Of a DNA stretch of 64,000 nucleotides, positions 51,768 to 61,458 are shown piece by piece (position 1 is the first letter of the stretch; each line of letters starts with the position of its first letter). This DNA is from an uncultured Chloroflexia bacterium (GTDB lineage Bacteria; Chloroflexota; Chloroflexia; Thermomicrobiales; UBA6265), in NCBI GenBank assembly GCA_963724295.1, contig CAVRUC010000007.1:224001-288000 (forward strand), read 5' to 3'. A program made the translations under genes and the position numbers. The notes beneath the pieces are model-generated. The model made no database searches. It saw only the letters and a program-made list of their open reading frames with translations, and was not told where the DNA came from.

Positions 51768-53441
51768 TCAGACGGGACGGCTACGCGAGGAAAGCCACCC
51801 CCTGATGTCGGCCGGCGACCAGCAGTTGAGGATCTGGTCCGGTCTCAGCCAGGCTCGCCTTCCCATTGCCACTCCGTACTCCATGAGCGAAAAGCCGGTC
51901 GGGTGATGGGCATCGCAATTGATTGTGATCAGGCAGCCTGCCTGACTGGCCCGGTAGGCCAGGGATGGATCGAGATCGAGGCGTGCAGGATCGGCGTTGA
52001 TTTCCAGCGCAGTGTCGGTTCTTGCGGCTATCTCGAAGACGCGGTCCCAGTCGAAATCCCCACCTTCCCGACGCTCGATCAAGCGTCCCGATGGGTGCGC
52101 AATGATGTCTACGTTCGGATTCTCCAGGACTCGTAGCAATCGGGCCATCAGGACTTCGCGCGGCTGACGCAATCCTGAATGGAGCGAGGCAACGACGACA
52201 TCGAGGCCAGCGAGCGTCTCGTCGTCGAAATCGAGCGAGCCGTCTCTGTGAACCTCGATCTCGGCGCCCGCCAACAGTGTCACGCCGGCTTCACCGTTTG
52301 CTTCGTCGATTTCGATGCGCTGAAGACCGAGTCGTTCGGCATCGAGCCCGCCCGCGACAGCCAGGCTGTGACTGTGATCGGTGATTCCCAGCAGGCTATA
52401 GCCGCGTGCAGCCGCCGCGTCCGCCATTTGTCGCACCGAGGCGGCGCCGTCGCTCCATGTGGTGTGGGCATGGAACTCGCCATGGATGTCAGCGAGGGTT
52501 ACCAACGACGAAATCTCTCCGGGACGCTCGAACTCTTCGCCTCCAGAACGGAGCTCGGGGGGAACGAACGGAAGCTCGAGACTCGCGTAAATCTCCTCTT
52601 CAGTCGCCGCTTCCTCCGGAATTGCCCCTAACCGCTCGATGTGCGCTGCATTCCCGGTTGCCCGAAGCAGGTCCGTCCCCCAGGACTCGGGGCGCGTCAG
52701 ATAGATGTCCGCTGAGAGCCCGCTGGCCAGGGAGGCTCGCATGGAGCTCTCGTCGATCCATTCGGCATCGGTCACCATGGCCAGAGAGGTGACAGCCGCA
52801 CTCGAGGCTTCGAAGTCGGTCGAACCGATGATGAAGTCCAGGTCGCCGACGGTAATCTCCCAACGCCGCGCGCTCCCCGCGAGGCTCAACAAATCTTGCG
52901 GTCTTAGAACCGAGTACGCCCCAATGAACGCTCTTGCCGCCGGCAGCGCGATGCCGATCGGCGTGCGTCCCGATCTGCGTTGCACGGACTCGATCCCGGC
53001 CATCATTGCCGATTCGGCGCGAGCGCCCAGCCCCTTGGCCGATCGCACCCGGCCAGAAACGAGCGCTGCTTCGAGCGCAGCGAGATTGTCTACGCCGAGT
53101 TCAGAGTAGACCCGCAGGGCTGTTTTTGCGCCGACTCCGGGGATTGCCACGAGTTCAATCAGCGACTCGGGGATACGCTCGGTTAACTGCAGATGGGCGT
53201 CAAAACTGCCCGTTTCCAGGATCTGCGTGATCGCTGCCGAAATGCCTTCGCCAACGGCTGGGATCTCGCGCAGTCGTCCCTCTGCGGCAAGTTTGCTAAC
53301 GCGCTCCGGATAAAGACGGAGCGACTCAGCGGCACGCGTGAATGCCCGCGTGCGAAACGGGCTTTCGCCCGCGATCTCCAGCAAACGGCCATGACGTTCC
53401 AGCATGTCGGCGATGGAGGAATTCGAGACGCCGGCGGTCAT
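51768..53441 (-). CDS. polX: DNA polymerase X with PHP domain
   Basis: HhH IPGVGAKTA, GSARR...GDLD, PPELR, PHP HAHTTWSDG, TDHS, HPSGR, DAH. Confidence 0.93.
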   Translation of the reverse strand: MTAGVSNSSIADMLERHGRLLEIAGESPFRTRAFTRAAESLRLYPERVSKLAAEGRLREIPAVGEGISAAITQILETGSFDAHLQLTERIPESLIELVAIPGVGAKTALRVYSELGVDNLAALEAALVSGRVRSAKGLGARAESAMMAGIESVQRRSGRTPIGIALPAARAFIGAYSVLRPQDLLSLAGSARRWEITVGDLDFIIGSTDFEASSAAVTSLAMVTDAEWIDESSMRASLASGLSADIYLTRPESWGTDLLRATGNAAHIERLGAIPEEAATEEEIYASLELPFVPPELRSGGEEFERPGEISSLVTLADIHGEFHAHTTWSDGAASVRQMADAAAARGYSLLGITDHSHSLAVAGGLDAERLGLQRIEIDEANGEAGVTLLAGAEIEVHRDGSLDFDDETLAGLDVVVASLHSGLRQPREVLMARLLRVLENPNVDIIAHPSGRLIERREGGDFDWDRVFEIAARTDTALEINADPARLDLDPSLAYRASQAGCLITINCDAHHPTGFSLMEYGVAMGRRAWLRPDQILNCWSPADIRGWLSSRSRPV

Positions 53442-54721
53442 GATGCCTTGGCGACGTGAATGCCGTTCCGGGAACTCGGCGATAAGCGCCGAAGATGCCG
53501 CTGAATCAGGCTGACAGTGGCCGGCGGGTGCTCGGCCAGGATCAACAGCACGTCCTTCGCGCGAAGCATGTTCAGCGCCTGCTGCACGGCGGTGCGCTCG
53601 TCGGAAGCCTGAAGGAATATGGGCGGAACCGTGTTGCCGGCGGCGCCGAGGCGCAGGCGTTCCAGGCGCTCGGCAGGCCATACCCCGTGCGCGATCAGAA
53701 CGCCGCCATTCCTGCCCAGAAGCCGTCCCACTTCTGCAAGGTCGTCAGTCGAGATTTCAATCATGGGACCAGCGACGCGAATCTGCCGCCCTGAACCGAG
53801 ATTCGCGGATGCCCGAAGCGAGGTGCGCAAAAACCAGGATGGCATGGGCCGGTCCACGACGATGGCCGCCGAGCCCAGATCGAACACGTTGAACGAGCCA
53901 GGCATTGATTCGGGTCGGGTTTCGTGGGCCGCCAGTCCCGCCGCTATCTGGCGCTCCGGGATACCGCATGACCGAGCAATGGCAGTCGCGATAAGCGCAT
54001 TCTGAACGGCGAATGGAATCGTGCCGTCCCGTGTGGAAGGCATCTGGCGAACGTCGGCAATAGACTGTGTCAGATCGCTCTCTCGAATCGTGACGGTGCC
54101 GCTCTCGACCCAGCAAGCGTCGCCTCCCCGCAGGATGTGGCGACGGAGCACAGGCGTGTCAGAGCTGATCCCAACCAGATACCGATGATCCAGATCCTCG
54201 GAACCACCGCTGTCATCAGAGACGGCAAAATCGTCGGCGTTCAGGACGAGACGGCCAGCAGGCGCAATGCTCGACTTGATGAGCTGGAGCGCTCTTCGAG
54301 CCTGCGCTGTCTCCGACGTGAAGAAACACGCCTCACTGTTCGCGCAGAGGTTAGCTACGGCTACGATCGGGTATTTCGCGCCGGGAGCACCGACAGTCGG
54401 CACCGTCGCCCAGTCCAGCTCCTGAAGTGCGATATCGAGACCACCCGCGGCCAGCCGCGTCAGAGCCCGAGACCAGGGGCCCAGCTCGCCCCGCTGATGT
54501 TCGCCCTCGATCTCGACACCACGATCAGTCCACGACGCGAACCGGTATCCGCCGAGACGAAGGATCGACTCTACGGCGCGCAAGACGCTGGTCTTGCCCT
54601 TTGAGCCGGCCACGGCGATTAACGGTGCCACCCGCTCGCGGTCGAGTCGCGCTCGCCAGTCTGCGAATCCGCTCGGGCGTGGAACGCGACGACGGTACCG
54701 TGCGACTGGATCGTCGATCAT
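53438..54721 (-). CDS. Mur-ligase-fold protein resembling the C-terminal domain of cyanophycin synthetase
   Basis: PLIAVAGSKGKTS, LVLNADD, IPFAVQNALIATAIA, PGSFNVFD. Confidence 0.7.
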   Translation of the reverse strand: MIDDPVARYRRRVPRPSGFADWRARLDRERVAPLIAVAGSKGKTSVLRAVESILRLGGYRFASWTDRGVEIEGEHQRGELGPWSRALTRLAAGGLDIALQELDWATVPTVGAPGAKYPIVAVANLCANSEACFFTSETAQARRALQLIKSSIAPAGRLVLNADDFAVSDDSGGSEDLDHRYLVGISSDTPVLRRHILRGGDACWVESGTVTIRESDLTQSIADVRQMPSTRDGTIPFAVQNALIATAIARSCGIPERQIAAGLAAHETRPESMPGSFNVFDLGSAAIVVDRPMPSWFLRTSLRASANLGSGRQIRVAGPMIEISTDDLAEVGRLLGRNGGVLIAHGVWPAERLERLRLGAAGNTVPPIFLQASDERTAVQQALNMLRAKDVLLILAEHPPATVSLIQRHLRRLSPSSRNGIHVAKAS

Positions 54722-55347
54722 TGGCTTGACCGGCGGGGATCATGCTCGGCCAGTGCGTGCTGGAGCGCAGGAATGATCTCTCGAATCGCCACGCTGCGAT
54801 GACTCATTGCGTTCTTCTCCTCATCGAGAAGTTCGGCAACTGTTCGACCGTTTGGGAGCAGGAAGACCGAGTCGTAACCGAAGCCCCTGCTTCCCCGCTC
54901 GTGGTCAAGGATAGACCCGTTCAGCACTCCTTCGCTGGTTCGAACGACCCCGTCCGGGGTGGCGATAGTGACGGCGCACACAAATCGCGCGTCTCTTCGC
55001 CCCTGAGGGATGTCCGCTAACGCCGCAAGCAGTGCCTGGCGGTTTCTGGCGTCGTCCGGAGGCTCACCCGCAAATCGCGCGGAGCGCACACCCGGCGCAC
55101 CATCGAGCGCCTCGACTTCCAGTCCCGAATCGTCGCCAAGGGCCACCAAGCCCGACGCCTGGGCCGCGAGAACCGCCTTCAGATTAGCGTTCTCGCGCAG
55201 CGTCGCCCCGGTCTCTTCGGGTGACCCCAGTCCCAGATCGTGAAGACCGACGACGGCGATGTCGGGTGGAAGCAGGGCGCTGATCTCGCGGATCTTCCCC
55301 GGGTTCGAGCTCGCAACAAGAAGCTGGTACGTCAACGTGCTGTCCAT
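54718..55347 (-). CDS. rdgB: Non-canonical purine NTP pyrophosphatase (RdgB/HAM1)
   Basis: ASSNPGKIRE, ENANLKA, DDSGL, GAPGVRSAR, GFGYD, KNAMSHR. Confidence 0.95.
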   Translation of the reverse strand: MDSTLTYQLLVASSNPGKIREISALLPPDIAVVGLHDLGLGSPEETGATLRENANLKAVLAAQASGLVALGDDSGLEVEALDGAPGVRSARFAGEPPDDARNRQALLAALADIPQGRRDARFVCAVTIATPDGVVRTSEGVLNGSILDHERGSRGFGYDSVFLLPNGRTVAELLDEEKNAMSHRSVAIREIIPALQHALAEHDPRRSSQ

Positions 55348-55366
55348 GACTAGCGATCTAGGTAAG

Positions 55367-56164
55367 CTACGCGACTCCCGGCAGGTCGAACAGTAGCGCA
55401 GCATTGCTTGACGTCAGCCGGCATAGCTCTTCTCCGCTCAAGTTCCAGAGCGGGCCAAGATCCGCGGCGATCCTGGGGAGATTGGCCGGCGTATTCCGGC
55501 GAGTCGCGGAACCCGGCGGAGCGAGATATGGCGAATCAGTTTCCAGCAGCAGCCGATCAACTGGGATCCGGACAAGCAGCTCGCGCAATGGTTGTGAAGA
55601 CCGACGGGTCGCCAGTCCACCGATCCCGACGAAGCAGCCGCGTTCTCTTGCCCAGTCCGCGAGGCGCTGTGTGCCGTCAAACGAATGAAGCACAATTGGG
55701 GCCAGGTTCGGCCAGTTCTCGAACTCCGCAATCAGCGCATCAGAGGCGTCGCGCTGATGGATGATGGTCGGAAGGCCGGCAGTAGCGGCAATCTCCAACT
55801 GTCCCCGTAGTGCTCGCTGCTGTTCATCGAAGCTTGGCGAGGATCTCGAGAAATCGAACCCGATTTCGCCGACGGCAACGGGAGCCAGATCCTCGATCGC
55901 TCGATTCAATTCGCGAATCAACGCGGAATCGAACTGTGCGGCAAGCTGCGGGTGCAGGCCAAGTGCGAAGTCGACTTCCGGATGTTGTTCCCGCAACATG
56001 CGTGACGATTCCCACCGTTCGGGCGCATAGCCGATATTGATGAAATGCCAGACGCCCGCGGCGCGAGACGCTTCGATGACAGTTTCCCGGTCGGCGTCGA
56101 ACGACGAGTCATCGAGATGTGTATGCGTATCGACGATAGGAGGCAGCGTTGATGCCTCGGTCAC
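55367..56164 (-). CDS. tatD: TatD family DNase
   Basis: DTHTHL, GLHP, GEIGFD, LHSF, LLETDSPYL. Confidence 0.92.
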   Translation of the reverse strand: MTEASTLPPIVDTHTHLDDSSFDADRETVIEASRAAGVWHFINIGYAPERWESSRMLREQHPEVDFALGLHPQLAAQFDSALIRELNRAIEDLAPVAVGEIGFDFSRSSPSFDEQQRALRGQLEIAATAGLPTIIHQRDASDALIAEFENWPNLAPIVLHSFDGTQRLADWARERGCFVGIGGLATRRSSQPLRELLVRIPVDRLLLETDSPYLAPPGSATRRNTPANLPRIAADLGPLWNLSGEELCRLTSSNAALLFDLPGVA

Positions 56165-57927
56165 TTCACCGTTACGCTCTTGGCGAGATTTCGCGGTCGG
56201 TCGGGATCGTTCCCGCGGGCTATCGCGGCGAAATATCCGAGAAGTTGACCTGGAACCGCCTCCACGATGGCATCAGCGAGCCCGGCCTCCGGTACCTCGA
56301 TGAAATCGTCAAATACGTCATGGCCGGAACTGCCGACACCGATGATGTATCCGCCTCGACTTCTCAGCTCTGCCGCCCCCGACAGGACGTCGGTCCGCGT
56401 GGCGCCGTTGGGAGCCAGGACCAGGCAGGGTGTGCCCGGCTCAACCAAGGCGATCACGCCGTGCTTCAGCTCGCCGGCGGCGAAACCCTCGGCGTGGATG
56501 TAGCTGACTTCCTTGATCTTGAGTGCCGCCTCCAAAGCGGATGGGTAATGTAGCCCGCGACCGACAACGAAGAGATGCTCCGCCTCGGTGAGGCGACTTG
56601 CGACCTCGCCGATTCGTTTGCGGCATCCGTTCACTAGCAAGGTTTCGATTGCATCGGCAGCGCGTAGCACGAGGTTCGCCCCGGTCAACCAGCGATCGTC
56701 GACTGCATGCGCGGCTAGCAGCAGAGTCGCAAGCATCGTGGTGTACGACTTCGTGGCCAGAACACACTGCTCGGGTCCGGCGCGGAGCAGCACCCGGGTG
56801 TCAACGGTTCGGTCTAGCGTCGACATTGGCGTATTGACGATCGCCGCAATATTGGCCCCTCGTTGGCTGGCCTCGGTCGTAGCATCGAGTACGTCGACAG
56901 TCTCTCCGCTCTGGGAGAGCGCGATGACCAAAGACCGGGAATCGAGCGTGCGGGAGCGATATCGAAACTCTGAGGCTGGAATCATGGTCACAGCACGACC
57001 GCAGATTTCTTCAAAAAGATAGACCCCTGCCATCGCCGCATTTCCTGCCGTGCCACAGCCAGTGACTATCAGCTTCTCTGCCGCCGTGATTGCCTGGACA
57101 AGCTCCTCGATTTCCTCTCGCCCCTCGCTGACCAGGCGCCGCAGCGCGGCCGGTTGCTCCGCAATCTCCTTTGACAGGAAATCCGGATACCCCGCCAGAG
57201 TGACTACAGCCATCTCGGTCCGTTGCGTAACCGATACCGGCGAAATCTGCCGCATTGACCTTCGATCGAATACGCGGACGCTGTCTGCGCTGAGCAAAGC
57301 CAATTGGTCGTCTTCGAGATAGATCAACTCGTCGGCGTGATCGTTCAGCGCGATGGCGTCGGAGGCGATGGTCGACCCACGGTCACTCAGGCCCAGGACA
57401 AGCGGCGACACGCGCTTCGCCGCGGCAAACTGCTGTTCGGCTCGATCCATGACAACGATGGCGTTGTATCCCTCGAGCAGGCTGAACACCATTGCAACCG
57501 CTTTGCCGAGGTCGCTGCCAGAAGCAAGTTCTTCCTCTACCAGGTGCGCGACAACGTCGCTGTCAGTGTCTGATTCGAATCGGTGGCCTCGCTGCAAGAG
57601 CTGCGCCCGCAGATCGACGTGATTCTCGATGATGCCGTTGTGGACGACAGCGATCCGTCGGAAACAATCGAGATGTGGATGGGAGTTCGCCGCCCGGACG
57701 CCGCCGTGGGTCGCCCAGCGCGTGTGCCCGATGCCTTGGGTGGACCTCGGATAGGAGCGGGTATGGCCGTTGATGCGGCCGACATCCTTGTGAACCAACA
57801 GGTCGTCGGGTGTCGCCAGCGCCAGGCCCCAGGAGTCGTAGCCTCGATATTCGAGGGTTTTCAACGCGGCAAGAACGGTCTCGCCGACGTCTCTCTGCTG
57901 GCCAACGTAGCCAAAAACGCCGCACAT
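56161..57927 (-). CDS. glmS: Glutamine-fructose-6-phosphate aminotransferase
   Basis: MCGVFG N-terminal Cys, LEYRGYDS, GHTRWATHG, SQSGET, ELKHG, PRNLAKSVT. Confidence 0.97.
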   Translation of the reverse strand: MCGVFGYVGQQRDVGETVLAALKTLEYRGYDSWGLALATPDDLLVHKDVGRINGHTRSYPRSTQGIGHTRWATHGGVRAANSHPHLDCFRRIAVVHNGIIENHVDLRAQLLQRGHRFESDTDSDVVAHLVEEELASGSDLGKAVAMVFSLLEGYNAIVVMDRAEQQFAAAKRVSPLVLGLSDRGSTIASDAIALNDHADELIYLEDDQLALLSADSVRVFDRRSMRQISPVSVTQRTEMAVVTLAGYPDFLSKEIAEQPAALRRLVSEGREEIEELVQAITAAEKLIVTGCGTAGNAAMAGVYLFEEICGRAVTMIPASEFRYRSRTLDSRSLVIALSQSGETVDVLDATTEASQRGANIAAIVNTPMSTLDRTVDTRVLLRAGPEQCVLATKSYTTMLATLLLAAHAVDDRWLTGANLVLRAADAIETLLVNGCRKRIGEVASRLTEAEHLFVVGRGLHYPSALEAALKIKEVSYIHAEGFAAGELKHGVIALVEPGTPCLVLAPNGATRTDVLSGAAELRSRGGYIIGVGSSGHDVFDDFIEVPEAGLADAIVEAVPGQLLGYFAAIARGNDPDRPRNLAKSVTVK

Positions 57928-58049
57928 GCTATTCCCTCGCTTGCCGGCGCACCGGCGAAACGCATTCCGAATCGGCGTCCGAGCCCAGCGGGCTCCGCCG
58001 TCTTCGATGCTGAAAAGCGTGGGAATGTCGTGACCGAGATTGACCCACA

Positions 58050-58195
58050 CGCTGTCCGGAATTTGTCGGCGGATCACCCCGCCGGTTTGGGCCGGACATG
58101 ACGACCGTGCTAGCCGGGGAGCCACCCGCCGAATGGTTCGATCGGCTCCCACCTCGTCAACTCGCGTCCCCTGGCGAGTCCTGGCGCTTCACGTA
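58050..58195 (-). ncRNA. glmS ribozyme (GlcN6P-activated)
   Basis: Minus strand AGCGCCAGGACT...AGTTGACGAGG...ATCGAA...TTCGGCGGG...CCCGG and P4 region GGCGGGGTGATCCGCCGACAAA, directly upstream of glmS. Confidence 0.92.
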
Positions 58196-58348
58196 TAAGG
58201 AAAGGTCAAACCAACCCGAACATCCCGCACCCGGAGTGTAACCTCCGGGGATTCATCAATCAATCGCCTCCTATACTGCGGAACGCACTGCTGACGAAAT
58301 CGATCCTGGCCGACGAACGAGCCGCGGGAAGGGAGCGGGTGGGACAGG

Positions 58349-59689
58349 GTGATCGATCGCTATACCCGCCCGGAAATGGGCGCGATCTGGAGCGAGCGAC
58401 GGCGAATCGATGCCTGGCTCGCGGTCGAGAAAGCCGTGTGCGAGGCCTGGAACCGGCGGGGGCGAATCCCTGATGACGCGATGCCCGCGATTCGCGCTGC
58501 CACGTGCGATCTGGAGCGGATGCGGGCGATTGAACGGGAAGTCGATCACGACGTGATCGCCTTCTTGCGCGCAACCGGTGAGACGATTGGTCCTGGTGCT
58601 CGATTCGTCCACATCGGACTCACCAGCTCGGACGTCGTCGACACGGCACTTGGCATGCAAGCCGCTGCCGCAACGGACTTGATCCTGGCCGAGCTCAACC
58701 GACTCATCCAGATAGTCGGTCGCCAGGCTGTCTCCCATCGCGACACGCTGATAATCGGGCGAACGCACGGGATGCATGCCGAACCCACCACCCTGGGACT
58801 CAAGCTGGCTGTCTGGTATGACGAGCTGCGGCGCCAACGACGGCGGTTGGAGCTCGCGCGCGAAGATATCGCCGTGGGCAAGATCTCTGGCGCGGTCGGA
58901 ACGCACGCTCACGTTTCTCCGGATCTGGAGCAGGAGGTCTGTCAGGCGCTTGGTCTGGGAGTCGCTCCGGCGTCAACGCAGATTATTCAGCGCGACCGGC
59001 ACGCCTTCCTGCTGGCGGTGATAGCCGGCATCGGCGGAACGCTGGAGAAGTTCGCCACCGAGATCAGGCATCTGCAACGGTCTGAGGTCGGTGAAGTTGA
59101 AGAGCCGTTCGATCCCGGAAATCAGGGATCCTCGGCCATGCCGCACAAAAGAAATCCACATGCATCGGAGCGAATCACCGGCCTGGCTCGTCTCCTACGT
59201 GGGTACGCGGCCACCGCGGCTGAGAACAATGCGCTCTGGCACGAGCGCGACATTAGCCATAGTTCTACGGAACGGGTGATCATGCCCGACGCGTGTATCG
59301 TCCTCGATTTCATGATTCACGAGATGGCTGACATCCTCGAACGGTTGGTGGTTCATGCAGACAGAATGCTCGAAAACCTCCGTCTAACCGGGGGCCTGAT
59401 CTATTCGCAGCCCGTATTGCTGGCCCTCGTCGATGCGGGTATGGATCGCCAGGCGGCCTACAAGTTGGTTCAAGGACACGCGCATCAGTCACTTTCGGGC
59501 GGTCCGGCGTTTCAGGACGGCCTGGCCGCCGACCCATCGATCGCGGAGTGGCTGGGTCCAGAGGAGTTGTCATCGCTTTTCGACCCGATGCGCCAGCTTC
59601 AGCACGTCAATGCGATCTTCGCCCGACTCGGGCTTGATGATCGGCTAACAACGTACGAAGCGAGGGGAGACCGTCGAGCGGAGAATTAA
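58349..59689 (+). CDS. purB: Adenylosuccinate lyase
   Basis: MIDRYTRPEM, GRTHGMHAEP, GSSAMPHKRNP, WHERDISHS. Confidence 0.97.
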   Translation: MIDRYTRPEMGAIWSERRRIDAWLAVEKAVCEAWNRRGRIPDDAMPAIRAATCDLERMRAIEREVDHDVIAFLRATGETIGPGARFVHIGLTSSDVVDTALGMQAAAATDLILAELNRLIQIVGRQAVSHRDTLIIGRTHGMHAEPTTLGLKLAVWYDELRRQRRRLELAREDIAVGKISGAVGTHAHVSPDLEQEVCQALGLGVAPASTQIIQRDRHAFLLAVIAGIGGTLEKFATEIRHLQRSEVGEVEEPFDPGNQGSSAMPHKRNPHASERITGLARLLRGYAATAAENNALWHERDISHSSTERVIMPDACIVLDFMIHEMADILERLVVHADRMLENLRLTGGLIYSQPVLLALVDAGMDRQAAYKLVQGHAHQSLSGGPAFQDGLAADPSIAEWLGPEELSSLFDPMRQLQHVNAIFARLGLDDRLTTYEARGDRRAEN

Positions 59690-59719
59690 AACGACATATC
59701 CCCTGAGATCAAATCTACT

Positions 59720-59748
59720 TTGACGCGTCCCCGAACCGCTCCTAGAAT
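59720..59748 (+). promoter_or_regulatory. Promoter of gcv genes, TTGACG-N17-TAGAAT
   Basis: Read directly, 26 nt before gcvT start. Confidence 0.7.
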
Positions 59749-59774
59749 CGCCCGCAGCATGCCAGCGCGGAGAC

Positions 59775-60959
59775 ATGCCGAAAGGACAACTGAACGTTGT
59801 GACCACCGGTCACGAAGACGATGTTCAAAAGACCGAATCGGACGACGCGGAATTGCGCGAAACCGCGCTACGGCGGCGTCACGAAGAGCTAGGGGCGCGG
59901 CTGATCCCGTTCGCCGGCTGGCTCATGCCTGTTCAATACACCGGGATTGTCGACGAACATCGAACCGTGCGGTCCGCCGCTGGTCTCTTCGATCTCGGAC
60001 ACATGGGGCAAGTCCGCGTCACCGGCGCCGATGCTCTCCCATATCTTCAACTCATGACGACCAACGATGTCTCGGTCCTGGCGCCCGGAGACGCGCAATA
60101 CTCGCTCTTGCCAAACGAGCAGGGCGGGGTCATCGACGACATCATCGTCTACCGGTTACCGGATGAGCCCGGATTCCTGGTCGTGGTCAACGCGGCCAAC
60201 CATGCCAAGGATGTGACCTGGATGCAGGAGCAGCGGTCCGCCCGGCCAGAGCTCGAGGTGGACGTCGACGATGTTTCCGAATCACTTGGCATGATCGCGA
60301 TCCAGGGTCCAAACGCCGCGGCAATCGTGGCCGAGCTAACCGACACCGACTTGTCTGGACTTGATCCTTTTCACATCGTTCGCGCGACCGTCGCCGGTCT
60401 GCCCGTGCTCGCCGCCCGAACTGGATACACTGGCGAAGACGGGTTTGAGTTCTACGTGCCGCAGGAGCAGACCGTCGCGCTCTGGGACGCGCTCTTTGCG
60501 GCCGGCGTGGCGAGGGGTCTCAAGCCGATTGGACTCGGCGCGCGCGATACACTTCGGCTCGAAGCGCGCATGCCACTGTACGGGAACGAACTCGCGGACG
60601 ACATCAGTCCAATCGAAGCCGGCCTCGGGTGGGCGGTCAAACTTGGCAAAGGGCCATTCATCGGGCGTGACGCTATTGCCGCGGTCAAGGAGTCGGGTCC
60701 GGCGCGGCGAACAGTCGGATTCCAGCTCCTGGAGAGGGCCGGTTCGGCAAGACATGGCTACCCGGTGAAATTGGACGAGCGAGACGTCGGGCTTGTGACC
60801 AGCGGCGCGCATTCACCAACTCTGGGCAGCGAGATCGGTCTGGCGCTTGTCGAGGCTGACGTAGCTGGGGTAGGCAAACCGCTGCACGTCGTCATCCGCG
60901 GCCGACCCGTCAGGGCAGAACAAGTCAAGCTTCCCTTCTATCGACGAGCCCGCGACTGA
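59775..60959 (+). CDS. gcvT: Glycine cleavage aminomethyltransferase T
   Basis: FAGWLMPVQY, GLFDLGHMG, RTGYTGEDGFE, GLGARDTLRLEA. Confidence 0.96.
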   Translation: MPKGQLNVVTTGHEDDVQKTESDDAELRETALRRRHEELGARLIPFAGWLMPVQYTGIVDEHRTVRSAAGLFDLGHMGQVRVTGADALPYLQLMTTNDVSVLAPGDAQYSLLPNEQGGVIDDIIVYRLPDEPGFLVVVNAANHAKDVTWMQEQRSARPELEVDVDDVSESLGMIAIQGPNAAAIVAELTDTDLSGLDPFHIVRATVAGLPVLAARTGYTGEDGFEFYVPQEQTVALWDALFAAGVARGLKPIGLGARDTLRLEARMPLYGNELADDISPIEAGLGWAVKLGKGPFIGRDAIAAVKESGPARRTVGFQLLERAGSARHGYPVKLDERDVGLVTSGAHSPTLGSEIGLALVEADVAGVGKPLHVVIRGRPVRAEQVKLPFYRRARD

Positions 60960-60995
60960 AAATACTGCAGGAATCAGGAGGAGACCGCTACACCA

Positions 60996-61385
60996 ATGGA
61001 ATCGCCAGCGGACCGCAAATACACAAAGACTCACGAGTGGGTGGCGCTCGACGGTGACGTAGCGACAATCGGAGTCACCGATTTCGCGCAATCAGAGCTC
61101 GGTGATATCACCTACCTGGAGCTGCCGGAAGTCGGCGACACGATCGCTCTCGACCAGGCGTTCGGCATCATCGAGTCCGTCAAGGCCGCCAACGATATCT
61201 TTTCCCCGGTAGACGGGGACGTCGTCGAGCGCAACGAAGACGTGGTGGCAGCCCCGGAGAAGATCAACGCGTCACCGTATGACGACGCCTGGCTGGTTCG
61301 CATCCGCCTCGCCGATCCGACACAGCTCGACGCTCTGATGTCGGCTGAGGAGTACGCAGAGCTGGCCAAGTCTTCCGCACACTAG
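60996..61385 (+). CDS. gcvH: Glycine cleavage H protein
   Basis: YTKTHEW, GVTDFAQSELGD, lipoyl ESVKA. Confidence 0.96.
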   Translation: MESPADRKYTKTHEWVALDGDVATIGVTDFAQSELGDITYLELPEVGDTIALDQAFGIIESVKAANDIFSPVDGDVVERNEDVVAAPEKINASPYDDAWLVRIRLADPTQLDALMSAEEYAELAKSSAH

Positions 61386-61458
61386 CGGTCGCGGCAGCGG
61401 TTCGGGCGTCGGCAATAGATTCTATTTTCCGGGTCGACTAGAGCACAGAAAGACATTC

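Noticed and set aside
59690..59775. Glycine riboswitch upstream of gcvT
   Set aside because: The promoter leaves only a ~20-nt leader and there is no aptamer consensus
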